Source: Felis catus
Lineage: Eukaryota
Assembly: GCF_018350175.1 (NCBI RefSeq)
Contig: NC_058368.1
Span: forward strand, 114,206,001-114,270,000
Reading direction: 5' to 3'
DNA length: 64,000 nucleotides
Position 1 is the stretch's first letter. Each line of letters opens with the position of its first letter. Both the position numbers and the translations under genes were made by a program. Shown here in pieces: positions 52,403-64,000 of this stretch. Below the pieces are notes generated by a model. It was not told where the DNA came from, did not search any database, and was given only the letters and a program-made list of their open reading frames with translations.

Positions 52403-52689
52403 GAAATACTAGTCATTAAAAACACTTGAGCAGTAAAAGTACACCTTTGTCCATTCCAGCCAAATGCACTGGAAATACCTGGGATAAATTTACCACTACG
52501 TGTAACAGTAGTGTTCTTCCCAGGCAAACATAGTTGATAAAATATCCTCAGAAAGCAGACTTTAACCAGAAGAAAGGCAATTTTCCTGTGATATTCTACA
52601 ACACTCCTAATCAACCAGTACAGACTGCCCACTTTCAAGCATAATACAATAAGTACTCAAAAGCCAGCTTTGAAGGCAGAAAAATATAT

Positions 52690-52870
52690 GTTCACATCCC
52701 TACTGTGCCCTTAACTATCTCTCAACTTACTAAATTCTCTAGGCCTATGAATAAAATGAAGATGCTATATATACTACCTCCCTCATAAGGCTAGTTGAAA
52801 GGATTAAATACTATACGCTAAACTCTCCTACAGTGTCTATACATAAAAAGCAGTAAATAATAGCTATCAT
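52690..52870 (+). mobile_element. MIR
   Basis: ctacctccctcataagg...gaaaggattaaat core. Confidence 0.65.
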
Positions 52871-53909
52871 TATAACCGGAACTGTTATTTCTATAGAGCA
52901 CAGAGCCTTATTTCTACATGTAATATCACTTTTTATTAGAAAGAAAGACCGTATATGCCATCCAAACCACCTAAAGAAGGAGCTCTCAAACATTAGTGTA
53001 TTAAGGTCACTGGTCAGCTAGGTCTCTAAAAATTCATTATTAACACTTAATGACTGCAATTTGTGAACTACTGACTTTATAAATAAAGCATATACAGCAG
53101 ATTCTGCTGAAATTGTTGTGCCTGTAAATGCCAGCCCTCATCTATTTCCAATCAAGTAGAAGAGTGGTGAAAAAAACTAAAAATCAGTAAGTAACTGATT
53201 ATGAACTGAGGTAAGATTTATACACAAAGGTGAAAATTTCACAATAGATGAGTTTTTAAACTGAATCAAATGGAGAAGTATCTTCATTTTGCACGTACGT
53301 ATTTAATACATTAATGAAATTGAAGAGCATACTTAATATCTACCTGGTAACTGAAGAAAAAAATATTAAACAGCAAGAAAATACTATTTTCAGAAGTATT
53401 AAATGGGAATTACCGTGGTTGATCAATATAGGCTTGGCCACCACAGTAGAGTATGGAAAAAAAAATTTAAGATGACTATTTAAACTGAAAACATTTATTC
53501 AGTCCACAATTTTTGGTACAGAGGTATTGCTATTTTAATATGTTACAGTACATGTTTTTAAAAATAAGTCTGTGCCTACAGTCAATAGCTCTTGGGAACT
53601 ACAAATACCTTACCACTCATTTATATTGAATATATTATATTCAATTCAATAAGCTTTATGTAAACTAAGTGACATAGTTTCAGTAGTTCAACAGTAGTTC
53701 AGTACTTAGTAGTTCAGTAGTTTCCACAATAATCATCCAATAAGTTATGACATGAACAGTAACCTAATGGGATTTTCTTTTGCCCCCTCCCATCTCCCAG
53801 GCCTCCCAATGTAACTTCCTACAGTAATAACTGACTAACTTGGTTTGGGTAATAAGTATTAAAAACTTAAAAATGTCCCCTGTCATCCCACACTTCAAAA
53901 GTTCTTGAT

Positions 53910-54260
53910 CCTCTCCTTGTCACCTCAACATTCTGCTTATTAATGTGTCTATCTATTCCTAAGTTACTAAGAACCTGTCCTATATACGCAGCTGCCTCAA
54001 CTCCACTTAATGGAAAACGACTTACTCCACTTAATGGAAACCCCTCATCCATACTTACATCTCTTCTTTCTTTGACTGCTGTAATTCCCTTCTCTAGGGC
54101 CTCGTGAAATGCCTGCTCTCCAGACTCCAGCTTGTGGAGAACGCTGCTACCTGCCTTCTCAAATGTATAAAGAAACATAATTATCACCTACATCTTCAAA
54201 CCACTCTACTGAATTTGCATTCACGTAGGGATCTCATACAAAGAACCTGTCCACCGACTC
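53910..54260 (+). mobile_element. Ancient L2-clade LINE ORF2 C-terminal remnant
   Basis: Translates LIHTYISSFFDCCNSLL*GLVKCLLSRLQLVENAATCLL, matching the L2 DYCNSLL/LQ..QNAAARL motif. Confidence 0.7.
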
Positions 54261-54547
54261 TGGGTCATTTCTCAAACACTCCCTAGTCATCATGTCAGTC
54301 ATCTCTCTCATACTATTAATAGAAATATCTACCACCTTGAAAAGGTTCTGACAGCCAAATACTTGCATTAATGGGATGAAACTCCAAAGGAAAAGAGCAC
54401 TAGTTAACTGCTTCTTTCAAATATCAAAATCAGAAGAAAAATAATCAAAGCACTGCAAGGATGGGCCAAGTATGCCCACATCTTTAAATATGGGGATAAG
54501 AAATTAGCACATTTAAGTTAGGTCAACTTAAAAATATAACCAAAATA

Positions 54548-56735
54548 GGGGTGCCTGAGTGGCTCACTCAGTTAGGCGTCCAACTTCAGTTCAGGTCATG
54601 ATCTCACAGCTCACAGGTTCGAGCCCCATGTTGGGTTCTGTGCTGATAGCTCAGAGCCTAGAGCCTGCTTCAGATTCTGTGTCTCCCTCTCTCTCTACCC
54701 CTCCCCCCTTCACGTTCTGTCTCTTTCTCTCAAAAATAAATAAACTTAAAAAATATACATACAACCAAATTGTGCTAAGTTGGAAGAAATTTTACTTTCA
54801 CTCAATACAGTATCAATTCAGCCTCACAAGTCAAACTGAAGTTACCAAATCTGCTTTAAAGAAAATAAATTTTCAGGTATCTGTCCTACTATTGTAACCT
54901 GTGTATAGTATAGAAATATCATAGAAATAGTTAAGAAAACAAATTCTGGTAATCAGTAATATGAAACAAAATAATTAAATATACATCACTCTCTCTTAGG
55001 ACTCACAGCACTAATCCATTATTGATCATATTCTATTCAATATGCTAACATCTTCTTTTCTATCCACGGGCAAACCTGCAGAATTCACCATTATGTGCTG
55101 GTGTTAACTAACCACCATTCTATCTAATGTAAAGCACAACATATTTTAAGTCAATTCTGCTAGTGCTTAAAGAAATACATGCATTTGGATGCCTAGGTGG
55201 CTCAGCTGGTTGAGCATCCAACTACAGCGCAGGTCATGATCTCACAGTTCATGGGTTCAAGCGCCACATCAGACTCTCTGCTGACACAGCTCAAAGCCTG
55301 GGGCCTACTTCAGATTCTGTGCCTCCCTCTCCCTCTGCCCCTCCCCTGCTCACACTCTGTCTTTCTCAAAAATTAATACACATTAAAAAAATTTTTTTAA
55401 ATACAAGTGAATTACATGAGAGTTATTTCAGTGTACATAAAGAAGACAGAGGATAGCAGAAATATCAGAGAATTACACCACAACATAAAACAGTCAAGAT
55501 ATACCCTGAAGACTTTAGAGCTGTCTAGATATAAATATTAGGACAAACTGGCATCATCAGTTTCTTAGAATTCAAATCTTCTCAAGAAATGTAAAAGATG
55601 AGTAACACAAACACATTCATATTATTTCACTTTGAGCAGCCATTACTTTTATCTAAATAAATTACTAAAACATTATTAATTTTTTTAATTTTTTTTAATG
55701 TTGATTTTTGAGAGAGAGACAGAGCGCCAGCGGGCGAAGAGCAGAGAGAGACTCAGAATCTGAGGCAGGCTCCAAGCTCTGTGCTGTCAGCACAGAGCCT
55801 GACATGGGGCTTGAACCCAAGAACTATGAAATCATGACCTGAGCTGAACTTGGATGCTTAACCCACTGAACCACCCAGGTGCCCCAAATTTCTTTAAAGA
55901 TTTTATCATTTTTGGGGTGCCTAGGCAACTCGGTCGGTTAAGCATACAACTCTCAATCTCAGCTCAGGTCATGATCTCCCAGTTCGTGGAATCGAGCCCC
56001 ACATTGGGCTCTGCGCTGACAGCATGGAGCCTACTTGGGAGAGTCTCTCTCCCTCTTTCTCTGCCTCTTCCCCACTCTCTCATGTGCATGCATATGTGTA
56101 CATACACTCTCTCTCAAAATAAACTCTAAAAAACAAAAAAACTAAAATTAAATCAAGATTTTATCTTTTTTAAGTAATCTCTACACCCAACATAGGGCTC
56201 AAACTTACAACCTTGAAATCAACAGTCATACACTCTACCTACTGAGCCAGCCAGGCACCACTAAACTAAAACAATTTAAGGAAAAGAAAAGTGGCACACA
56301 GAATTCCCAAAAATGGGATTTCTTACAGGCATCAAAGACATTACAGATTTGGTGCACCTGGGTGGCTAAGTCGGTTGAGTGTCTGACTCTAGATTTTGGC
56401 TCAGGTCATGATCCCAGGGTTGTGGGAGTCTCTCTCTCTCCCCCTCTCTGTTCCTCTCCCCTGCTTGCACTCTCTCTCTAAAATCAAAAAACAAACAAAC
56501 AAACAAACAAAACTGGGGCACCTGAGTGGCTCAGTCATTTAAGTGTCCAACTTCAGCTAAGGTCATGGTCTTGCGGTTCACGAGTTCGAGCCCCACATCA
56601 GGCTCTGTGCCAACAGCTCATAGCCTGGAGCCTGCTTCAGATTCTGTGTCTCCCTCTCTTTCTGCCCCTCCCTCCCACACTCTCTCTCTCTCAAAAATAA
56701 ATAGACATTAAAAAATCAAAAAATAATGAAATAAG
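54548..56735. mobile_element. Dense SINE run (about 54548 +, 55187 +, 55690 -, 55914 +, 56165 -, 56350 +, 56515 +)
   Basis: Multiple SINE heads and tails, several nested. Confidence 0.85.
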
Positions 56736-57643
56736 ACATTAAAGTTTTAAGGCATATCTATCTCCTTGTCCTCTTCTCTTCTCGTCATTTTCTTTAAAGC
56801 CAAGAATAATTTTGAAGAGATGTGTCAGTTCTTTATTCTAACCAAAATTTTAAATTAGCAACAGCATATAACAGTTGGGAAGTTCAAAAAATATGCCAAA
56901 AATTCCAAGGATCACTATTCTGGCTACAAGTTCTACCCACTTGACTTACTTCACAATGGTATACATATGCAGTTTTCATCCCCAGTTTACACATTACAAA
57001 CTGTAATTTGGCTTGTTACTGTTTCCTTAAAGTACATGATACTTGAAAAGAAACAGGAGAGAGTGAGAGAGGAAGGAAGGAAAAGGGAGATAGAAAGAGG
57101 GAAGGAAAATCAAAGGTATAAATGCTTATGTGAAGAAAACATTAAAAAATAAGGAAGATCTCAACTCCAAATATTAAAAAATCTTGTTCATAAAAGTCCA
57201 CAACAGTAAAGAAACTCTTTATAAAAAAAAAAAAAAAAAAAAAGATAGACTATGTGGGAAAACTCCTAATTCACATTATCAGAACCAAGGTCAGTAAGAA
57301 TTCATAAAAATCTGTATGATAAACTACCTTTCAAAAGATGCTATTTCATAATCTAATAGCAAATTAAAAGCCACCCAATGTGCATCAATAAATAGTGACC
57401 ATATAATTAATCATCAGAACCTGAATATATGTAAGAGTGAAAAGGCGAGCTACTAATAATTACACGAGAAGCAGATATAAACCAGGACTCTTCTAAGAAA
57501 ATGGGGGGTACTATCACCTTTTCAAGTGGAGATCAGTACTATACATCAAATAAATTATAATGGTGCATCCATACAATAGGGAACTTTGCAGACATAAAAA
57601 CACAAGAGTATTGTCTCTATATTCCAATAAGAAAAGAGTTCCA

Positions 57644-57847
57644 GGGGCGCCTGGGTGGCGCAGTCGGTTAAGCGTCCGACTTCAGCCAAGTCACGATCTC
57701 GCGGTCCGTGAGTTCGAGCCCCGCGTCAGGCTCTGGGCTGATGGCTCAGAGCCTGGAGCCTGTTTCCGATTCTGTGTCTCCCTCTCTCTCTGCCCCTCCC
57801 CCGTTCATGCTCTGTCTCTCTCTGTCCCAAAAATAAAATAAACGTTG

Positions 57848-57878
<31 letters not shown>

Positions 57879-57880
57879 AA
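57644..57880 (+). mobile_element. Young felid SINE
   Basis: TSD aaga(a/t)aagagttcca at 57629-57643 and 57881-57895. Confidence 0.93.
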
Positions 57881-57926
57881 AAGATAAGAGTTCCAAAATA
57901 AACTGTTAACAGATTAAAAAAAAACA

Positions 57927-58111
57927 GGGGGTGCCCGGGTGGCTCAGTCAGTTAAGCATCTGACTTCAGCTCAAGTCATGATCTCATGGTCCATGGGTTT
58001 GAGCCCCATGTAGGGCTCTGTGCTGACGGCTCAGAGGCTGGAGCCTGCTTCGGATTCTGAGTCTCCCTCTCTCTCCTTCCCCACTCTCACATGCTCACAC
58101 TCCCTTTCCCT

Positions 58112-58166
<55 letters not shown>

Positions 58167-58510
58167 CCCCCCCCTCAAAAATAAACATTAAAAAAAAAAC
58201 CTTTAAATAAAAACAACAACCACAAAATGATGGTGCAGAACTGTGTGTGGTATGCTACCTTCCTCTTAAAAAACTGTGAGGAGGGGCATCTGGGTGGCTC
58301 AGTCTATTAAGCGTCGGACTTCAGCTCAGATCATGATCTCACAGTCTGGGAGTTCAAGTCCTGGGTCACGCTCTGTGCTGACAGCTCAGGGCCTAGAACC
58401 TACTTTGGATTCTGTGTCTCCCTCTATCTCTGCCCTTCTCCAGACTGCATTCTGTCTCTCTCAAAAATAAATAAACATTAAAAAAACAAAAATAAAAAAC
58501 AAAAACAAAA
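57927..58510 (+). mobile_element. Two further SINEs (from 57927 and about 58283)
   Basis: Heads, (CT)n, tails. Confidence 0.85.
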
Positions 58511-59458
58511 AACTGTAAGGCAATATTTGCTTACATTTGCATAAAGAAACTCTGGAAAAACACATAAAAAACCAACGTGAGGGGGGAGTGGGTATGAGTA
58601 AAAGCAAGAAATTTTACTAAATATTTTTTTTAACCAGGTGAATTACTCATTAAAAAAGTAGCAGCCCCACCCCATGACCACAATATAAGTAACTTCATAG
58701 GTTTTAACCTAATAAAAGTTTGACAAATCATTTCACTTACGAACAAAATAAAAACCTCCACATAGACCTAAATCACAAATTCTAAGCGTGAAAAGTCTGG
58801 ATTAATATGGTTTTACAATAAATTAGTCACTCTGCATCAATATTCTCATTTCAGGAAGGAGACAATAACTAGGTCCTGTACAATCTCAACCAACAACAAA
58901 ATATAATGTAGTTGGAAAAATGGATGTTAATTTTCCAGAGTCACAAGAGTTAAAAAACTACCTGCAACCTCAACTTTTACTCTTGATGCTTCCCATTAAT
59001 GACAATGACTGCACTGCTCTATTGATGCTACTTCCAACAAGAAAAACTTTCTATTTTTTAAAGTATGTGTGAACTTTGTATTGAATCTCTCCCTCTACCT
59101 TCTATTTCTCACCTTTTGTCTACATTCCTCTATGCTAAGTTTCTTTGCAAAAGCAAAAAACCACCCTACTCTTACAAAATAAACAATGCTTAAGTTAGAA
59201 TAAAAACATACAAATCTCAAAAATACCTAACATATAGTCACAGTCTGGTTTCAATGCCTTTTCCATATTACTCAAATTGAAAACAAGAACTTAAGAAAAA
59301 TAATCACATTCATATATTACATGGATGTGTTACCTATGATTACATATAATAACCAAGACAACTGCTTTGTTTAGTACTTAAAAATTCCACCTGAGTTTGT
59401 GCCAAGCCCTAAAGAGTATATTCTTTAAAAATTCTTCAAGTATCTAAAATATTCTCAC

Positions 59459-59600
59459 CTGTTCAGTAATTGAACTCAAATCATTAGATGAGAAATCTTC
59501 CTCTTCATTCTCAAAAAACTCATAGTAATTTTCCAGAAGTCCAGCCATTATCCTGCTCACTATTTCTTGCTCTTTCAGATCTTCCACATCTGTGTAAATG
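59459..59600 (-). CDS. FAM13B: FAM13B exon, 142 nt (IYTDVED...DLSSITEQ)
   Basis: cttag|CATTTAC...GAACAG|gtgag; phase 2 to 0. Confidence 0.96.
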
Positions 59601-59905
59601 CTAAGAATAAAAGTCCAAATTGAACTGAGAGTCCTTAAATCAAATACAGGTAAAATTAGAAGACAACCAATGAGTCACTTTATAAACCTGAGCAATTTAT
59701 GTCATCATTCTGTGCCTCAGTTTTCCCATCTGTAAAGCCTACCTAATTTGTACCCTCTTCACAGAAATGCTGGGAGGATTAATCCGATCTACTATAAAAA
59801 ATAATGGTTCACCCAGCAACCTATGATCCTTGGGGGATAGTATAATGACTCTATTTCACAAATTCAGTATTTTTTGATTACACAAAAATTGGGGGAAAAA
59901 CTTAC

Positions 59906-60083
59906 TGGAAGACATCTGGACCAAAGACAGCAGCCAGAGAGTTTGCAGACCAAATTTCTTCATGATGTGATGCTACATTGGCTAAAAATCTACACAGAAA
60001 CTTTAACAAACTGTAATTAACAGGTGGAAGCTGTTGTAAAAGGAACCTCAACTTTCTTCCAAATTCATCTTCATTATTATAAT
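59906..60083 (-). CDS. FAM13B: FAM13B exon, 178 nt, RhoGAP C-terminal part (DYNNEDEF...[13 protein letters not shown])
   Basis: tttatag|ATTAT...TTCCA|gtaag; open frame, phase 1 to 2. Confidence 0.96.
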
Positions 60084-61294
60084 CTATAAAACATAATGAC
60101 AGGTTTTTTTAATGAAGTAAAAGCAAAGCTCAGATATTTTGCCAGGTTCACATTACTCCACCCACATCACCTTTTTTACTATAACAATTCAAAACCTCTT
60201 CACTTCCTCTACCAGGAGCCAAATGCCTTAGGGCTTTGCATTTCACTTATTAAGGGGAAGAGAAGAGTTAGAGAGAAGGAACTCAACCCTTCAATTGCTG
60301 AAGGATGTTTTCCTCATCTATTACTCATCAGCACAAATTCTCTAATTTATTTTTTTTCAATTCTCATCATACTGTTTTTTGCATGACAGTACCTGTGTTT
60401 CCAAATCAGTGCCAACTCTAAGAAGTCAAAATGCACTGGCTAATGCTAATCAACGCCAACTATGAATGAACAAAGAAGATTTAACCAACAAATAGAATCA
60501 GTGACACTTTTCCACTTGGATGAATGGGCAAAGAGGAAGGAACAGGGTGTAAGTAACTTTCTTCCTCCCCTAACATCCTGAAAAGAACAATTAACTTCAG
60601 CAATATCAGTAGGACTAAATAAAGAAGAATTCCACTTCTTAACTGTTTTTCTCTAAATTGATGTTGCTTTCTGTTTATGAAGTTAATTTTTGAGTGACAG
60701 AAGCTAGGCCCTGTGTTAATCATGTCACTGATTTTCATTAATAGAAACTTAGGCCTATAGCATCCCGTGATTGGTGAGGGTCTCACTTAGGAGAGAGAAT
60801 TTCTCACATATACCCTCCAAATGAAGTAATTTAATGCTTCAATAGTGAAAAATAACCCAATTATGTTTCACTACATATTTTTCTTCAGATTTTTAAAATT
60901 AATTTACAGAAAAATTATAGGTAAAAAGGTTATGGTCAAGATATTGGCCAACTCTGCAAAAAACACTTAAGCCTAAGCTTATCAGGAAAGGTTATAGTCA
61001 CATGAGTTTTACTTAAAATTTAAAATACAACCAATACCAATTCTTCTATATTGATAATACTACCAACTGTCCATTCAAGTACAATACTTTGATTTCTTAA
61101 CTGAATGAAAGAGTCCCTAGAATGTTTTTTTAAGCCACCATGGCTACAGTTGGTGGAAATGTTAACAACCTAAGCATTTATCAGCAAAGGGTTATTTTTA
61201 AAAATCATGGTTATCAACTCAAAAAATATATGCAAACAATTAATATTATCAATATACTGACTGCAACAATAACACTAACAACTTCTACATAACA

Positions 61295-61515
61295 CCCTCC
61301 CTAGCTTTTCGGCACTTATCATCTGACACACGCATATATTTAGTTTATTTATCATCTATTTTTCCTCTGTCTCTGCTAAGTCCTTTAGAAGTTTAGCTCT
61401 GTGATGGCAGAGGTTTTTATCCAGTTTTGTTCACTGATGCACTCCCAGAATCTGGAAGACTGCCTAGCATATAGCAGGTATTAAACAAATATTGGTTGGA
61501 TAAGCTAAATGAATA
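61295..61515 (+). mobile_element. L2 3' end
   Basis: ttttgttcactgatg...tgcctagcatatagcagg...aaatattggttg. Confidence 0.75.
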
Positions 61516-61672
61516 TACAATAATGGGGCAAAAAGCTGAACTACTAAAACATTGGCTTTGATGGAGCGATAATGCTGTTTTTTACTTGAAATACTGTCCA
61601 TGTTGCTCTACTTTTGATTGTACACATTTCCACTATACAAAAATATTTATAACTGCCAGGCTGCTTCTTCTA

Positions 61673-61878
61673 TTTTTTTAAATGATTATTTATATATATC
61701 TTGAGAGAGAGGGGGCACTGCCAGAGGGAGAGAAAGTGAGAGGGAGAGAGAATTCCAAGCAGACTCCTCCCTGTTAGTGCAGAGCCCCACTTGGGGCTCA
61801 AACTCACAAACTGAACTGTGAGATCATGACCTGAGCGGAAGTCGGATGCTTAACCCACTGAGCCACCCAAGCGCCCCC
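61673..61878 (-). mobile_element. CAN-SINE with TSD
   Basis: ccaggctgcttcttcta repeated on both sides. Confidence 0.88.
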
Positions 61879-62167
61879 AGGCTGCTTCTTCTAAAGTCTT
61901 CAAATAAGGCAGAGAAGCATTTCAAAATATATACAGCTATAAAATACACACCTGCTTGAATTTCTTTCCTCTTGAACCTACTTCGGAATTAAATTATATA
62001 CAGAAAAAATAGATGCATCAAAGAAGTTTATCCTAACTAGCAATTCTTTCAAGCACCTAAGCATTTTTTGAAAATGTTACAACAAATTCACAAAACTAAA
62101 AGCCTTGTTTTCTAACAAAACGTAACATATAAGTAGCTGGACAAATCATGGTCTAAAACAATGACTG

Positions 62168-62335
62168 TCAACATTTGACAATGAATGGAATGGTAGTCAT
62201 GACCTGGGGGAAAGGGATGACAGTGGGTAGAGGCGAGGGATCTTGTTAAACATCCTAAAATTCACAAGACGGTCCCTTATAATAAAGAATTATCCAGCCT
62301 AAAATATCAACAGTACCAAGGTTTTGAAACTCTGG
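62168..62335 (+). mobile_element. MER20 (hAT-Charlie)
   Basis: gtgggtagagg...taaacatccta...aaagaattatccagcc...gaaactctg. Confidence 0.8.
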
Positions 62336-62476
62336 TCTAAACAAAAAGTCTAACCACACCAGAAATGCCACACTGCAGTGTCTTGCTACCACAGAAAACA
62401 AAAATGACTTTTTTAAAAACACAAATGTAATTGCAACAATGCTCCTTCCATGGTTCCTAAAAGCAACAATCTCCTC

Positions 62477-62685
62477 AGGGCACCTGGGTGGCTCAGTTGG
62501 TTAGGCATCCGACTGCAGCTCAGGTCATATCTCACGGATAGTGGATTCAATCCCCCTACCTCGGGCTCTCCGCTGTCAGCACAGAGCCTGCTTCTGATCC
62601 TCTGTCCCCCTCTCTCTCTTCCCTTCCCCCACTCTTGCACACATACATGCTCTCTCTCAAAAATAAATAAACATTAAAAAAAAAG
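62477..62685 (+). mobile_element. CAN-SINE
   Basis: Head, body, tail. Confidence 0.88.
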
Positions 62686-62916
62686 TAATAATTTTCTCAG
62701 GTATTTTGAATGTCAATTAAAATACCAACACAGTACTCTTCTACAAGAAGTGGAGAAAGCAATCTTTATCCAGTGACCTACCAGATATCTTTCTCAAAAA
62801 ATTACTAAAGGAGAATAAACAAAATTAAACAGATTATATTACAAAACAAACAGAAACAGCACCTCAAGTTAAGTACTGCCACACCTTTTCTGCATAGCTC
62901 TTAAGAAAAGGGGTGT

Positions 62917-63143
62917 GGGGGCGCCTGGGTGGCGCATTCGGTTAAGCGTCCGACTTCAGCCAGGTCACGATCTCGCGGTCCGTGAGTTCGAGCCCCGCAT
63001 CAGGCTCTGGGCTGATGGCTCAGAGCCTGGAGCCTGTTTCCGATTCTGTGTCTCCCCCTCTCTCTGCCCCTCCCCCGTTCATGCTCTGTCTCTCTCTGTC
63101 CCAAAAATAAATAAAAAACATTGAAAAAAAAAATTTTTTTAAA
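62917..63143 (+). mobile_element. Young felid SINE
   Basis: TSD aagaaaaggggtg at 62903-62915 and 63144-63156. Confidence 0.93.
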
Positions 63144-63536
63144 AAGAAAAGGGGTGCGTATGTGGGTATGTGTATGCATAAATACACATGCTAACGGTTA
63201 CATAAGTGGAGAATGGAGCATGATGGATTTCTCATGTTAGAACAATTAAAAACATACGGGCCACAGCAAATTTGTATACTTTAAATTCATTCACAAGCAA
63301 ATGTCAATGCAGTAATTAGTAAGATGCATACTGTAATCCTGTGAATAACATAGTGCACAATGCTGTCATCATTTTAAATGACTCAATCAAAATGATAATC
63401 CTAGTGATAAAATAGCTTCTGACAGTCTCAGTGAAAGTCAATGACTTTATTACCATTAAATCTTATTCCAGTTACTCATTTATAAATTTTCTGATAGCTG
63501 GAACTTAAGGTTCCATCTTTAAGAGATGTGTCTGCG

Positions 63537-63699
63537 AGGTGCCTGCATGGCTCAGTCGGTTAAGCCTCCAACTCTTGGTTTCAGCTCAGCTCATGATTTC
63601 ACAGTTCATGGGTTGAAGGCCCACATCAAGTTCCAGGCTAGCAGGGTGGAGCCTGCTTGGGATTCTCTCTCTTCCTCTCTCTCTGCCCCTCCCCTACTC

Positions 63700-63742
<43 letters not shown>

Positions 63743-63762
63743 ATAAACTTATTAAAAAATAA
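63537..63762 (+). mobile_element. CAN-SINE with (CT)n
   Basis: Head, body, tail. Confidence 0.85.
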
Positions 63763-64000
63763 AGACTTGTCTGCAATTCAACTAATACACTAAACAGAGA
63801 ACCCTATTACTTTAAAAACAAAAAAATGGCTCTAGAGTCATAAAAAGGACTCAAAACAAAACTCTTAACACATCAGTTTCATTACGTATTTAATGGATGC
63901 AAAATGCCAATTAGGTGACTCAATATAAATATTTGAAAATATTCCTACAAAAAAAAAAATCAAAGAAATGGATTCAGAAATTCAAAACAAAACAGTAGTA

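Larger units (their letters stand above)
820..60083 (-). other. FAM13B: FAM13B gene body (partial, 19 coding exons; 5' exons and terminal exon outside window)
   Basis: 19 exons with GT-AG boundaries and matching phases join into 2326 nt of open frame from [16 protein letters not shown] to [10 protein letters not shown], recognisable as mammalian FAM13B. Confidence 0.97.

Overview
Carnivore, almost certainly felid, genomic DNA, judged from dense CAN-SINE/SINEC_Fc-type elements and young felid-type L1 3' ends. The whole window lies inside one minus-strand gene, FAM13B. I traced 19 consecutive coding exons (60083 down to 820) with GT-AG sites and matching phases, giving 2326 nt of open frame from the end of the RhoGAP domain to the C-terminal coiled coil; the 5' exons and the last exon are outside the window. 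The rest is intron filled with SINEs, L1, L2, MIR, hAT-Charlie elements, an MLT-like LTR and microsatellites. The best lead is a candidate internal first exon at 43171-43196 encoding MACRALLH(S), in phase and resembling the MACEIMPLQS start of the short FAM13A isoform, which would give a RhoGAP-less FAM13B. Other leads are a 331-nt three-exon circRNA-type module bracketed by inverted felid SINEs, several candidate cassette/poison exons, a head-to-head L1 cluster and an ancient L2-clade ORF2 remnant. Repeat family names and protein comparisons are from memory, not database searches, and repeat boundaries are approximate.
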